From Deltaproteobacteria bacterium (GTDB lineage: Bacteria > Desulfobacterota > GWC2-55-46 > UBA9637 > GWC2-42-11): a stretch of 63,032 nucleotides of DNA. Made by a program: the position numbers and the translations under genes. Location of the stretch: positions 1 to 63,032 of the forward strand of contig JACRNI010000111.1 of the NCBI GenBank assembly GCA_016234925.1. Reading direction: 5' to 3'. Under the pieces are notes generated by a model, which was not told the DNA's origin, ran no database searches, and was given only the letters and a program-made list of their open reading frames with translations. This document shows positions 28,250-39,091 of this stretch, one piece after another. Position 1 is the first letter of the stretch. Each line of letters begins with the position of its first letter.

Positions 28250-29412
28250 CAGAACCTATAAAATTCTGTGCATTTTGGACAAACAGGAAAATATTTATCT
28301 GTTTTCAAAACACCCCTGAATTTTAGCGCCTCTTTGCTGTTCCATATGTCTAAAAAACCCTTCTCTTTTACATTGCCAATGCCATAATTCAAAGACTGGC
28401 ACGGTCTTACAGAGCCGTCAGGAAATATATATGCAACCATCCACGGACTCATGCACCTTTTTTTATAAGTATCGGGCAGAAAATCAAATGTTGTATAGTA
28501 TTTTTTTATCTCATCATCCATAAGATTAGGATAAACAGAAATATCAATGATGCCTTTTGTAGATTTTACTTTGTTTAATATCTCAATCAGTTTTTCAGGC
28601 TCTATCTTTGGCAGACCATCTCTTATAAAACCAGCCCAGTCAGGAGATGAGCATGAAAAACGATTTTGAAATATCTTGTCATGCCTTGCATATGTTTCTT
28701 TGCCGATAAAGATTAGGTGGTGGAATGTTATTGATGATGCGCCCATTTCTTCTGCTGATTTTACAACCTCATCAAGCCTTTCATAGTTTGTTTCAAAGAT
28801 GGCAGTGGATATATTTACAATGGGTTTTTTAAGCCCTTTTTTGGTTTTTAATTCTGAAATCCTTTTAAACCCTGCCAATGCCTTGTCATATGTCCCTTTT
28901 GCGCCCCTTATCTCATCGTGAATATCTCTCGGACCATCAAGGGAGAATATGATTTCATCAACACCTGCATCAACAATTGCATCTGCTGCCTTTTCTAACA
29001 AAATTCCGTTTGTTATTATATTGCACCTCATCCCCCTCCCCTTTGCCATCCTTGCAGCCTCCTGCCAGTCCTTGTAAAGAAGAGGCTCGCCGCCGAATAA
29101 TGTTATATTCGGCTTAAATCTCTTTACATCATTCAAAAGTCTTTCAATATCATTTAGAGAGAGATGCTGTTTTAATTCTTCTTGCGAATATTCATGGGAA
29201 CTGCCCATCATTCCCCACTGTCCGCACATCTTGCATCTCAAGTTGCAGCGGTAGGTCAAAAATAATGAAATGGTCTCAGGATATGCGCTGTAGCCGCTAT
29301 AAAATTTGTATGTCAAAAATGATTTGAGCCGTTTATAAAATGCAGAGACTGCGTATCTCGGCTGAGTAAAAGCCTTTTTTATGCTCCTAATTATGTTTCG
29401 TCTTGGTATCAC
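28249..29412 (-). CDS. Radical SAM protein with C-terminal SPASM/twitch-like Cys cluster, located in the sugar-tailoring block
   Basis: 387 aa. CNLRCKMC cluster motif, GGEPLL, and C-terminal CMSPW...RPCQS...CPKC. Confidence 0.8.
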   Translation of the reverse strand: MIPRRNIIRSIKKAFTQPRYAVSAFYKRLKSFLTYKFYSGYSAYPETISLFLTYRCNLRCKMCGQWGMMGSSHEYSQEELKQHLSLNDIERLLNDVKRFKPNITLFGGEPLLYKDWQEAARMAKGRGMRCNIITNGILLEKAADAIVDAGVDEIIFSLDGPRDIHDEIRGAKGTYDKALAGFKRISELKTKKGLKKPIVNISTAIFETNYERLDEVVKSAEEMGASSITFHHLIFIGKETYARHDKIFQNRFSCSSPDWAGFIRDGLPKIEPEKLIEILNKVKSTKGIIDISVYPNLMDDEIKKYYTTFDFLPDTYKKRCMSPWMVAYIFPDGSVRPCQSLNYGIGNVKEKGFLDIWNSKEALKFRGVLKTDKYFPVCPKCTEFYRF

Positions 29413-30602
29413 TTTATGATTTCCTTAATAGTCTCAATCGCAGTATCCATGTCATTGGATGCTGCATATGGGTGTGTTGGTATAAGCAAAAGCCCTTGCG
29501 CAAGCCATGATGCTGTTGGAAAAGGGTCGGGTTCTTTGGCATATCTTAAATGAAATATATTATGCATGGGTTTTAGATAAAGGCGGGTTGTCTCTATGCC
29601 CTTATTCAATAAGGCAGTGAATAGTTTTCCCATTTTATCGGCATCATCTAACACAATCGGGAATTGATTGAATGCAGAAAACATCCCATCCCTGATTTTT
29701 GGAACAGTTACACCTTTTACACCCTTAAGTCCATTCAGCAGTCTCATCCCGTTATTATATCTGATTCTGCTGTATTCTTCTAAATGTTCAAAAACCTGCA
29801 CTCCGACATTTGCTTGAAAGCCTGTGTATTTAAACGCGTCAAATGCCTCATGCACATCCCTTGATTTAAACGGCGCTGCCAATGGATTTAAAATATCATA
29901 GACCAGAGGCTTGATAAGTTGAGATATAATTGTAAGTTTGATTAGATTTGAAAATCTGCTTATTGTGCCTTGACATGGCAGCGCATTGACCATCCTTTCA
30001 CAGATGTTTGCAATAGACTCTGAATTTGTAAGTATGGCGCCGCCTGAATATGTTGAAAGGTTTTTGCCCCTGTGAAAACTCAAGATGCCTATGTCGCCAA
30101 ATGAACCGGTTTGCTTCTCATCTATCTTTGAACCAAAGGACTGCGCAGCATCCTCAAGTATGAATATATCCTTATCCTTTGCCATTGCTTTGATAGGCTC
30201 TATATCAGTGGGTATTCCGAATAGATGAACAGGCATAACACAGAGGACATCATCGGAAAGGGAAAGAAGTTCAGGGAGTTTTGTTAAATCCATGTTAAAT
30301 GTATCTCTGGAAACCTCGCACAAAACTATTTCAAGCCCTGCCTTTTCTATAGGCAGTTTTATTACAGGCGCTGTATATGCAGGGATGACAACCTTTTTTC
30401 TGTCAGGTCTTATCCTTTTCAAGGATTCAAGCGCTATGAAAATGGCGGATGTGCCTGAATTTATGGCAAAGGCAAATTTAACGTCAACGATTGTTTTTAA
30501 GGCATTTTCAAAGGATTTTATGGATTCCCTTTCAGATAAAAATCCCTTAATGCCTTTTATAAGTTTTATGACCTCAATCGGCGTGCCTGCTGAAGGTATC
30601 AT
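29409..30602 (-). CDS. DegT/DnrJ/EryC1-like aminotransferase/dehydratase
   Basis: 397 aa. Lys context LSFHRGKNLSTYSGGAI. Overlaps the next gene by 4 nt. Confidence 0.75.
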   Translation of the reverse strand: MIPSAGTPIEVIKLIKGIKGFLSERESIKSFENALKTIVDVKFAFAINSGTSAIFIALESLKRIRPDRKKVVIPAYTAPVIKLPIEKAGLEIVLCEVSRDTFNMDLTKLPELLSLSDDVLCVMPVHLFGIPTDIEPIKAMAKDKDIFILEDAAQSFGSKIDEKQTGSFGDIGILSFHRGKNLSTYSGGAILTNSESIANICERMVNALPCQGTISRFSNLIKLTIISQLIKPLVYDILNPLAAPFKSRDVHEAFDAFKYTGFQANVGVQVFEHLEEYSRIRYNNGMRLLNGLKGVKGVTVPKIRDGMFSAFNQFPIVLDDADKMGKLFTALLNKGIETTRLYLKPMHNIFHLRYAKEPDPFPTASWLAQGLLLIPTHPYAASNDMDTAIETIKEIIK

Positions 30603-30612
30603 ATCAATAATT

Positions 30613-30704
30613 GATTACACAGATTTTGAGAAACGATTACACAGATTAAAACCATCCGCTAATTTGCCGTCATCTGTGTAATCTGCTTTTAAATCTGTGC
30701 AATC
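30613..30704. repeat. GATTACAC-type nested palindromic element, copy 3
   Basis: gattacacagatt (twice) ... atctgtgtaatc / aatctgtgcaatc. It overlaps the 3' end of the methyltransferase CDS. Confidence 0.8.
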
Positions 30705-31280
30705 ATCTTTTTCCTTTTCAAACACCATTATATATCCCCATGCAAGGTATGGGTTATCAATGCCAACCGCGCTTTTCTGCAAAAGCCTGCATCCAACCGC
30801 CTTCATCGCAATCTCTATATCTTCAGTATAATACGGAATAGTGGGGAACAATTTTTTTCTATTATGCCGCCAGAATTTCAGCCTGATAATTGGATTTTTT
30901 TTATTTCTTATATCTATTAAAATCCTGCCGTTGTCTTTAACAACCCGTATCATCTCTTTGAATGCAGGCTCAAATTCTGGAAGAGAAGCAAAATTATAAA
31001 TGGTATTCAGACACACTGCTGTATCAAAAATTCTATTCTTAAACGGCATCTCAAGTATATTGCCCATTACAACAGACGCTCCTTTAGCCCTTGCGCCAAT
31101 AATCTGATTCCATGATATGTCAATGCCAAATATATTTTTATTGCCGCCATTTCTTATTTCCTTAAAGAGCGCGCCATTGCCGCATGCAATATCGGCAACC
31201 ATGCCTGTATAGTCCTTTAAAATCCTTGCAGCAGTTCTAACTGTTAGTAAAGGCAGATAGTCTCTTAATTTAAGCAACAT
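30615..31280 (-). CDS. Class I SAM-dependent methyltransferase
   Basis: 221 aa. Motif I VADIACGNGAL. The last ~29 codons (DCTDLKADYTDDGKLADGFNLCNRFSKSV) are encoded by the repeat element. Confidence 0.75.
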   Translation of the reverse strand: MLLKLRDYLPLLTVRTAARILKDYTGMVADIACGNGALFKEIRNGGNKNIFGIDISWNQIIGARAKGASVVMGNILEMPFKNRIFDTAVCLNTIYNFASLPEFEPAFKEMIRVVKDNGRILIDIRNKKNPIIRLKFWRHNRKKLFPTIPYYTEDIEIAMKAVGCRLLQKSAVGIDNPYLAWGYIMVFEKEKDDCTDLKADYTDDGKLADGFNLCNRFSKSV

Positions 31281-32373
31281 TTCCTCCGCATCTTGACAGC
31301 AGCCCTCTCACAGCCTCTTTTACTGCATCTACTGTTATAAGATTCATGCATTCCTGCGTATCGCAGGAATATCTCCTGCATTCCTGCATATCATTTTTGA
31401 ATTTGTAATATGGACAAACAGAGGCATGTTTCTTAATAATGATATATCTTTTTTCATCCATATATGGCCGGTAACGGCAGACATTATTCTGGTCAAAGGT
31501 TATGACCATCGGGACATTCAAGGCAGCCGCTATATGCATTAGACCTGTGTCATTGGTGATACATACAGAGAAATGTTTTAATAAATTTATAAGATTTGCA
31601 AATGACAAATTTACAGCAATCCGAATATATGATTTGCAGTCAATCAAAGAGTCCTCTATTTGCTGCAATATCTCTTTCTCTCTTTCACCGCCTAAAAAGA
31701 CTATTTTAAATCTCTTTTCTTGAAGTAAATCTTTTGCAAGGACAATAACCTTATCTATGGGCCATCTTCTGGAAGGCCTGTATGCCCCTACATTTATGCC
31801 CAAAATAATTTTTCCATTTGATTTCAGAAAATCGTCTAACCCGCCGCACCCTTCGCTTCCCTCAACTTCAATATTAGGGATATATTCCTTTATATCAGCG
31901 CCTGCAAGCCGGGCTGTATTTATCTTTCTTTCAACCTCATGCTTATTTGATGTTAATTCCTCTTTTACCTTTTTTGCAAATGCCCATCCCCTTCCATCTG
32001 TATCCCTGCCAATAGTCTCTTTAGCGCCAATAAGTTTTATAAACAGCCATCGCTTTATGCCTGCTTTAAATGTCTCAACTGCGCTTAAATCAATAATGAT
32101 GTCATATCTCTGTTTTCTCAAGTTTTTTATAAGTCCAAGCCAATTGGACAAACCGCCCTTTTCAAGGACATCGGTTGTAAAGATATGAAAATTATCAAAA
32201 CCCATTCTCTTTAGATTTTCAATTACAGGTTTTGTTCGGGAAACCGTGAGTATATCTACGTTGGTATTTTTGAAATGGTTTAATACAGCCTCAATTGCAG
32301 GAAGAGACATTACAGCATCCCCAATACCGCCGAGTTCAAGAATAAGTATCTTTTTATTAACAGCCATGTGCAT
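31270..32373 (-). CDS. GT9-family glycosyltransferase (heptosyltransferase-like)
   Basis: 367 aa. LGGIGDAVMSLPAI and ITNDTGLMHIAAALNVP. Confidence 0.8.
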   Translation of the reverse strand: MHMAVNKKILILELGGIGDAVMSLPAIEAVLNHFKNTNVDILTVSRTKPVIENLKRMGFDNFHIFTTDVLEKGGLSNWLGLIKNLRKQRYDIIIDLSAVETFKAGIKRWLFIKLIGAKETIGRDTDGRGWAFAKKVKEELTSNKHEVERKINTARLAGADIKEYIPNIEVEGSEGCGGLDDFLKSNGKIILGINVGAYRPSRRWPIDKVIVLAKDLLQEKRFKIVFLGGEREKEILQQIEDSLIDCKSYIRIAVNLSFANLINLLKHFSVCITNDTGLMHIAAALNVPMVITFDQNNVCRYRPYMDEKRYIIIKKHASVCPYYKFKNDMQECRRYSCDTQECMNLITVDAVKEAVRGLLSRCGGNVA

Positions 32374-33502
32374 ATTCTTTTAACTGTTTCTTGACTGCTT
32401 CAATTACCTCATCAACAGTTATCATCTCCATACATTTATGTTCCTTACAATCTGCAAGATTGCAAGGCGAACATTCAAGGGTTTTCCTGATAACAATATT
32501 TTTATTTCCAAGCGGACGCCACAGGTCATAGTCAGTAGGACCCATCGTTGAAACAGTCGGAACACTCATTGCTGCCGCAAGATGAAGTGGTCCTGAATTA
32601 TTACATAGAAAGACACCGCATGATTTTATAAATGCAGCAAATTTCTTGACAGGCTCATTTAAAACTACAAAAGGTTTGATAGATTTAACAAGCATCAAAA
32701 TATCTTTTATTAAAAACTCATCTCTACTACTGCCGAATATAACTGGATCGCCCAAACCTTGCCTTCCAATCTCATCTATTGCAGCAGCAAACCTTTCTTT
32801 AGCCCATCTCTGTGATGGGAAATGTGCCCCTGGATGAATGCCAATCATGGTTTTTTTTATATTGTTTTTTTTAAGATAGTCTTCAACATATTCAATATCT
32901 TCTGTCAAAGGCTCATATCTTGGAACAATATTTGAAAAATCTCCTGTTGTTTCACAAATAGTATTAACAATATCCATTAGCAACCGAATGGCATGTTTTC
33001 CATTTAAAACAAAAGGGAGTGTCTTTGTAAAAAAAATCCCCCTCCCCTCTGCATTGTATCCAATCCTTATCTTTGCCTCAGATTTATAAATTGCAAATGC
33101 AGGGAATATATCGTAATCGCAAGTCAGATCTATAGCCATGTCAAAACCATAGGACTTAATTTCCGATATAAATCTCATCCTTTCAAAAAAACCTGAAGGC
33201 TGAGTGATTATTTTATCAAAATATATTCCTTCAATTAGCCCTTTATTATAGGAGGTGCATGCCAATACTATATATGCCTTTGGAAATTTTTCCCGTAGAA
33301 ATTCAAATGCAGGTATGGATATAACCATGTCGCCAAGCCTTTTAAGTCCATATACAAGAATCCTGCCATTCTCAAAATCCTGAATCTTATAGGGGGTCTT
33401 ATTTTTCAACAGCATCTCTATTGCCTTCAGCAATAAAAACCTGACAGAGAAATAGACTATTTTAAATACCTGTTTTAAAAGACCCCTGAAATCTCTTATC
33501 AT
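32357..33502 (-). CDS. GT9-family glycosyltransferase (heptosyltransferase-like)
   Basis: LKRLGDMVISIPAF and LCNNSGPLHLAAAMSVPTV. The start is placed at ATG 33502 (MIRDFRG), which forms an ATGA overlap with the upstream stop. The ORF track extends to 33595. Confidence 0.8.
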   Translation of the reverse strand: MIRDFRGLLKQVFKIVYFSVRFLLLKAIEMLLKNKTPYKIQDFENGRILVYGLKRLGDMVISIPAFEFLREKFPKAYIVLACTSYNKGLIEGIYFDKIITQPSGFFERMRFISEIKSYGFDMAIDLTCDYDIFPAFAIYKSEAKIRIGYNAEGRGIFFTKTLPFVLNGKHAIRLLMDIVNTICETTGDFSNIVPRYEPLTEDIEYVEDYLKKNNIKKTMIGIHPGAHFPSQRWAKERFAAAIDEIGRQGLGDPVIFGSSRDEFLIKDILMLVKSIKPFVVLNEPVKKFAAFIKSCGVFLCNNSGPLHLAAAMSVPTVSTMGPTDYDLWRPLGNKNIVIRKTLECSPCNLADCKEHKCMEMITVDEVIEAVKKQLKEYAHGC

Positions 33503-34392
33503 CTTGGATTCTGTTTTATCTTTCTGGCGAATATAATCATGATTTCCTCTGAACCGTGGACAGTTAATACTTTCAGCAACCCTTTTCTCATCCACCTTGC
33601 AGGCGGGAAAATCTTTAAAAGGAGATTCTTGATTCCAGCAATACCTAGTTTTTCCATCTTCTCGCCAATCCCTGTGCCTCCTGATGCATATTCTATATTT
33701 TCAACCTTAAAACCATTAGTTTCTAATAGGATGGATATTGCCTTCGGGGTATAATGATGGATATGCTCATCAGGCATTAAAAAAGACCACTTAGTAATAT
33801 CACTCTTTGCCTCTTTGCTCTCAATATTGGGGAGTTCCATAACCAGAAGTCCACCATCCCTTACACAATCATAAATTTTTCTCAAAGGACTCAAAGGGTC
33901 AGGAAAATGCTCAAACACATGCCAGAGTGTTACAACATCAAATAAACCCTTTTCAATATTTATATCATCAATAGTGCCTATCTGTATATCCAATCTGTAT
34001 CTTTGTTTTGCCATTTCTACTGCATCTGCCGATATTTCTATGCCAGATACATCCCATCCATGCTCTTTAGCAACAGACATAAAATGTCCTACAGACGCCC
34101 CTATGTCAAGCATCCGACCTTTTTTAATCCTCTTTTCTATTCTCTTAAGACGGTCACTGAACCTCTCTTTATAAAGTTTTTCTTCGCCTATAAAATCAGC
34201 CCCCCTCCCTTCTTTCTTTTTTGTAAAATATTCCCTGTTGTATATCTTTCCTATAGCCGATATGCTGGGAACATTTGAATGCTGAACAACCCCGCAATTG
34301 AGGCACTTTAGATAATCACCTTCAGGGGTTTTTAGAAACAATTCCATTTTTTTATTTCCGCAGATATTGCAGTTCATTCCGTTCTTGTCCAT
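33499..34392 (-). CDS. SAM-dependent methyltransferase with N-terminal zinc ribbon
   Basis: 297 aa. CNICGN...CLNCG, motif I MLDIGASVGHF, and WHVFEHF. Confidence 0.8.
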   Translation of the reverse strand: MDKNGMNCNICGNKKMELFLKTPEGDYLKCLNCGVVQHSNVPSISAIGKIYNREYFTKKKEGRGADFIGEEKLYKERFSDRLKRIEKRIKKGRMLDIGASVGHFMSVAKEHGWDVSGIEISADAVEMAKQRYRLDIQIGTIDDINIEKGLFDVVTLWHVFEHFPDPLSPLRKIYDCVRDGGLLVMELPNIESKEAKSDITKWSFLMPDEHIHHYTPKAISILLETNGFKVENIEYASGGTGIGEKMEKLGIAGIKNLLLKIFPPARWMRKGLLKVLTVHGSEEIMIIFARKIKQNPR

Positions 34393-36206
34393 TTGATTCC
34401 GTATCCCATTTTAGCGCGAGGTGTAATATCATACCTACGCATCCAGATTGTATAAGAACCAATCTGTATTTTTTCGAAATTTTGTTGAAGAAAACTCTGG
34501 ACTTCCTGATTTTTAAATACTTGATACATCGTGTATACACCATTAACAGGAATACCAATAACGATACATTGAGGTCTTTCCTTTTCTGCTGTCTCAATGA
34601 ATAGTTGACTACTTTTAAAGACTTTATTCGGAAAGTATGGAGAAACCCCTTTGCGGATATTATAGTTATAAACTACATCGTAGGTGGCAAGGACTACACT
34701 ATTTGAGTTAAGATTCTTCTCCAGAAAATTAAAAAGTTCCCTGGTTCCTTTTCCTCCATAGCCAAAGTTAATATTATAATCTGCCTTCATTTGCATAATA
34801 TTCATCGCCAGATTGGTAGAAACAAGGAGAATGAACAATGAGAGGTTCATCGCAAAATTGATTGTAGACCTATACGTTAAATCGTTTTTGAATATTTTTT
34901 TTGTCATTAGAAATATAAGTGGCAGTGGCAAAAGATAAAGAAACAATTTCAAAATTATCTGTGGCAGCACGGTACTAATAGTATTGTTAATTAAACCTTC
35001 TTTTAGGGTATAGATAATACTATACAGCCAGTCTCCAACTACAATAATATTGTAACCTGTAAAAAAAATCACTAATACCGAACATAGTATAATATCCTTT
35101 TTATTGAATTTCGTAATATCTTGTGTAAGGAAATATGCAGCCACAATTGACAATGCAGGCATTATTGGGAATTGGTACATTGGCATGTTAGCAGTCCCAC
35201 TACCCACCACAAAAAGACAAATGAAAAAGATTAACCATATGTATACTATTAGATAATCCATTAATGCTATAGTGTGCGTACATAAAAATTCTTTAATCCT
35301 CATTCCTGTAGCAAGGACACCCAGTAAAAGAAAAAAGGGAGACTCCCAAAGCACTGTTACGACTGTGCTAAAAATAAGTTCAAAAATTTGCTTATACAAA
35401 CCTGAAGATGAAAGAAACTCAAACTCTTTATACCGCACAAATGGCACATGGAATGGTATATTCATTACATTAGAATATGAAACCCATACCAAGAGAAATA
35501 AACCAATTCCTATTATTGAAATTACAGATATTTCGTAGGTACTTTTTTTAAAACCCTTATCTATTATAGATAGTATGAATATAGGTATTATAAGAAATGG
35601 GAAGATTGTAAATTTTGTCAGCAATGCCAAACCAAACAAAATCCCTGCTAAAATCAAATTCTTAATGTTTGATATTTGATAGGTTTTTAAAAAGGCATAG
35701 AGAAAAAGAGTGGAAGTAAATGTAATTGTATTTGCCTCAACAACCATTGATGACACTTGAATCACAAAGGGATTAATAGCATAAAGGGAACACGCTATCA
35801 GTCCAATGCCTTGTTTGTTTATTTTATCTTTAAAAACACAAGTGGTAGTTTTATATATCAAACTTAATGTTGCAAAGAAAAGCAGAACCCCAACCAGACG
35901 ACCACTTTCTGCAGTAAAACCAAATATTTTGAAGGCAATGGCATATAAGTATACTGTGAACAACCGATAGTTTATGCCTAACTGTTCAAAAGTATTACTC
36001 CACGCTGCAATATTAGGATCTTTAAGACTGCTCAAACTATTGGCTGCAACTCCTGCTGCTGTCTCCACTTCATCACCTAGTAAGGGTCTATGAAATGAAG
36101 AAAGTACGGAGGTGATGTATATAAAAACAGCAGAAATAAAAAGTAACCATATATAAATATTTTTGCTATATCCTTTTACCATTTTCCATATCCCATTTAA
36201 GTGCAT
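34374..36206 (-). CDS. GT-C fold membrane glycosyltransferase (ArnT/PMT-like)
   Basis: 610 aa, at least 12 TM. First periplasmic loop RPLLGDEVETA. C-terminal soluble domain. Confidence 0.6.
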   Translation of the reverse strand: MHLNGIWKMVKGYSKNIYIWLLFISAVFIYITSVLSSFHRPLLGDEVETAAGVAANSLSSLKDPNIAAWSNTFEQLGINYRLFTVYLYAIAFKIFGFTAESGRLVGVLLFFATLSLIYKTTTCVFKDKINKQGIGLIACSLYAINPFVIQVSSMVVEANTITFTSTLFLYAFLKTYQISNIKNLILAGILFGLALLTKFTIFPFLIIPIFILSIIDKGFKKSTYEISVISIIGIGLFLLVWVSYSNVMNIPFHVPFVRYKEFEFLSSSGLYKQIFELIFSTVVTVLWESPFFLLLGVLATGMRIKEFLCTHTIALMDYLIVYIWLIFFICLFVVGSGTANMPMYQFPIMPALSIVAAYFLTQDITKFNKKDIILCSVLVIFFTGYNIIVVGDWLYSIIYTLKEGLINNTISTVLPQIILKLFLYLLPLPLIFLMTKKIFKNDLTYRSTINFAMNLSLFILLVSTNLAMNIMQMKADYNINFGYGGKGTRELFNFLEKNLNSNSVVLATYDVVYNYNIRKGVSPYFPNKVFKSSQLFIETAEKERPQCIVIGIPVNGVYTMYQVFKNQEVQSFLQQNFEKIQIGSYTIWMRRYDITPRAKMGYGIKWTRTE

Positions 36207-36242
36207 GGTGTGAAAAAATCAACTACACCATCCCCTACCCCT

Positions 36243-37382
36243 TTATCCATTTTCTCCAATATGAATTCTGAGATACAATTCATGGATCCTCTCTGTATTT
36301 TTCTGGACAGTAAAGAACTCTTCGACCCTCTTTTTCCCATTCTTACCCATAGTAGTCCCTGCCTTAATTTCATCGGACAGAATCGAAGTAACTGCCTCTG
36401 CAATTTCCGCTGGATTACATGGAGGAACTAAAATACCTGATACATTGTTTTCTATTATCTCTTTTAGCCCTCCTATATTAGAGGCTACAACTGGCACCCC
36501 AAGCGCCATAGCCTCAACAGCCACCCTTCCAAACCCCTCGGTTACCACGCCTCCACCCTTTTTAATAACTACTGAAGGGACTACCAGTACATCTAATACC
36601 TTAATTACCTCAAGCACATCCTCTCTAAAACCAGTAAAGAAACAGCGGTCATTGAGTTTAAGTTCGTTAACCTCCCTTTTGAGCATTTCAAGATATTCCT
36701 GTCCCTCAATATCACCATGAGAGATGCCTCCTATAATGAAAAAGAATACATCCTTCTTTTTATTATTGCTTATGATATTTGCAGCCTTTATAAAATATTC
36801 ATACCCCTTATATGAATCTATTCTCCCCACCGCACCTACCAACTTTACATTTTCAGGCAAGTTATATTCCTTTTTCAGGGGTGCAGGAACGATGTTTTCA
36901 GGTATCTCCACTGCATTTGGTATTATAATGAACTTGTCCCTATAAAATGGTCTTTCCTTGCAGAAGGCATTTACAACAGCATTAGATACAGCAATAACTT
37001 TATTAGAAAATCGAACAAATAAATAGTCTCTCCATGTAAAAGGGAAGATGACCCTGAGGTGTCCTATAAAAGGAACACCTGCAAGCCATGCAGCAATCCC
37101 TGCCCTTATATCAAGACAATTAACATGAACCATGTCGATGTTATTTCTTCTGATATATTGGAATATATTCCATATTATTGAAAAGTTGGAAAGGAGAGAA
37201 TCTCTTTTAAAAATAATAATTTTAACGTCTAACTCCTTTACCTTCTCAATAAAAGGTCCTTCTGCATAACATATTAGGCTGTAGTTAAAAATCCCCTTAT
37301 CAAGATGTTTTATGATGGTTAAAAGGCTGATCTCTCCACCTCCGATATGTGAGAAGGGAGAGATATATAAGATGTTTTTCAC
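36243..37382 (-). CDS. GT4 glycosyltransferase
   Basis: 379 aa. EGFGRVAVEAMALGVPVVASNIGGLKEII. Confidence 0.85.
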   Translation of the reverse strand: MKNILYISPFSHIGGGEISLLTIIKHLDKGIFNYSLICYAEGPFIEKVKELDVKIIIFKRDSLLSNFSIIWNIFQYIRRNNIDMVHVNCLDIRAGIAAWLAGVPFIGHLRVIFPFTWRDYLFVRFSNKVIAVSNAVVNAFCKERPFYRDKFIIIPNAVEIPENIVPAPLKKEYNLPENVKLVGAVGRIDSYKGYEYFIKAANIISNNKKKDVFFFIIGGISHGDIEGQEYLEMLKREVNELKLNDRCFFTGFREDVLEVIKVLDVLVVPSVVIKKGGGVVTEGFGRVAVEAMALGVPVVASNIGGLKEIIENNVSGILVPPCNPAEIAEAVTSILSDEIKAGTTMGKNGKKRVEEFFTVQKNTERIHELYLRIHIGENG

Positions 37383-37484
37383 TATTTCTTCCTATGTTCC
37401 CTTATTTTTATGTCCATACTCATCGCCTCTGAATATTTTTTCAACATCGAAAATCAAATATCTTCGTTTATGCCTTCCTTATTG

Positions 37485-39017
37485 CTATTTATCCCTTAGA
37501 ATCTGATAAAGCAAAACAATCTGTCCATTTTTATTTTTAAATTCTCTTACTAATTTAAGTTCATGTGGAACAAAATACTTTGATAGTAAGAAGGTTAGTT
37601 CAGGACGCACTTCGGGTATGACCCTATTATCAATAATCAAGTAATCAGCATCCTTTTTGTATGCATATTGAATCACTTCATCATACTCACCAATAGGAAG
37701 CGGTATTAACTCAGCATTAGAATAGAAAGCAACCCATGATTTTCTATCAATAATCTTTATTGGTGGTGGAATATTTTCTTTAATCCAAATCCCTGCATCT
37801 CGATAAATTGCATTATCATCTGGGCGATATAATGGACGAAATGTATACGGGAGAAGGCTTAATAATACAGCAGCGAATATCAGATGATGAACTGTTTGCT
37901 TTATTGGTAAATTCTTAATTTTCATTACCCTCTTATATAATCGATCTTCTACGATTTCTATTCCACGTGCACCTAATATTAAACTGACTGGAATTAATGG
38001 CAGTAAAAATCTTGCACCAACAATAATAAGGAATAGGACAAAAAGATATGGAATCCAACTAAATGCAATATAAAGTTCTTTCCATTGAGTAAATCTGAAT
38101 TTCATTCGGAAGATACCGAAACCAATAGCGATTAAAAGCAGCGGTGGAAACAGACCTGGAATCACAAATTTGTGTGTCAGATGCAAGTTAATTACCCATC
38201 TTTTTGCCATTTTGTAAGGATTACGAAGAAGTTCATTAAAAAATGATGGTGATTCAGCAGGGTTATACTTTGTTATTTGGATATCTACTGCCCTCGGAAA
38301 ATTTTCCTCTCCAACAGATTCAGCCACAACTAAATGGAGACCTGTTTTACCGCTAAGACCACCAACGAAGATCATATAAGGAAGCATAAGGGTCATCGAA
38401 GCCAGAAGAAAAAAAACTAAATTTTTGATAAGATTTTTGGGATCGCCAGCTTTTCCAAAAAGAACAATAGTTATACTTGCACCAATAAAGTAAGGGAGAA
38501 ATCCCAATGCTTCTGGACGAGTTAAATATGCAATACCTATTAAAAACCCAGAAATAACATATAACCACCATTTGCTAGATTTAATAGCATGAATACTAAC
38601 TAATAAGAATAATGTTAAAAAGAAAGTAGAAGTCGATTCAGTCAGGACTCTTGCTGAATAATCTGTCAAACTAGGATGGATAATAACAAAAATAGAAGCA
38701 ATCACACCTGTTTTTTTACCATAGATCTCTTTTCCCAAAAAGTAAGTTGGGATAACAAGTAGAGCACCCAAAACAGCTGAAACAAATCGTCCTGCTAACT
38801 CATAATTGTTGAACATGTAAGAAGTTAATCCAAGAAGAAAAGGATATAATGGGGGATAAAAACGATCTAATAACCGATGTTTTTCAAATAATTCTTTAGC
38901 TATAGAAACATATGAAACACCATCGGTGTCAATACATTGGTAATATTGGATAAGAAAGAGTCTAACTATTAATGCAAGTAAAGTTAAACATCCAAGTGTA
39001 AAAAAAGTTTTTTTCAT
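37485..39017 (-). CDS. GT-C fold membrane glycosyltransferase (ArnT/PMT_2-like)
   Basis: 510 aa, multi-TM. N-terminal CIDTDGVSYVSIAKEL loop. C-terminal soluble domain. Confidence 0.6.
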   Translation of the reverse strand: MKKTFFTLGCLTLLALIVRLFLIQYYQCIDTDGVSYVSIAKELFEKHRLLDRFYPPLYPFLLGLTSYMFNNYELAGRFVSAVLGALLVIPTYFLGKEIYGKKTGVIASIFVIIHPSLTDYSARVLTESTSTFFLTLFLLVSIHAIKSSKWWLYVISGFLIGIAYLTRPEALGFLPYFIGASITIVLFGKAGDPKNLIKNLVFFLLASMTLMLPYMIFVGGLSGKTGLHLVVAESVGEENFPRAVDIQITKYNPAESPSFFNELLRNPYKMAKRWVINLHLTHKFVIPGLFPPLLLIAIGFGIFRMKFRFTQWKELYIAFSWIPYLFVLFLIIVGARFLLPLIPVSLILGARGIEIVEDRLYKRVMKIKNLPIKQTVHHLIFAAVLLSLLPYTFRPLYRPDDNAIYRDAGIWIKENIPPPIKIIDRKSWVAFYSNAELIPLPIGEYDEVIQYAYKKDADYLIIDNRVIPEVRPELTFLLSKYFVPHELKLVREFKNKNGQIVLLYQILRDK

Positions 39018-39091
39018 TTCAATACAACACCATTTTAAATTTATTTTTTAATATTGATAGAAATATGATTCTCTTATAATCTGACAATCTA

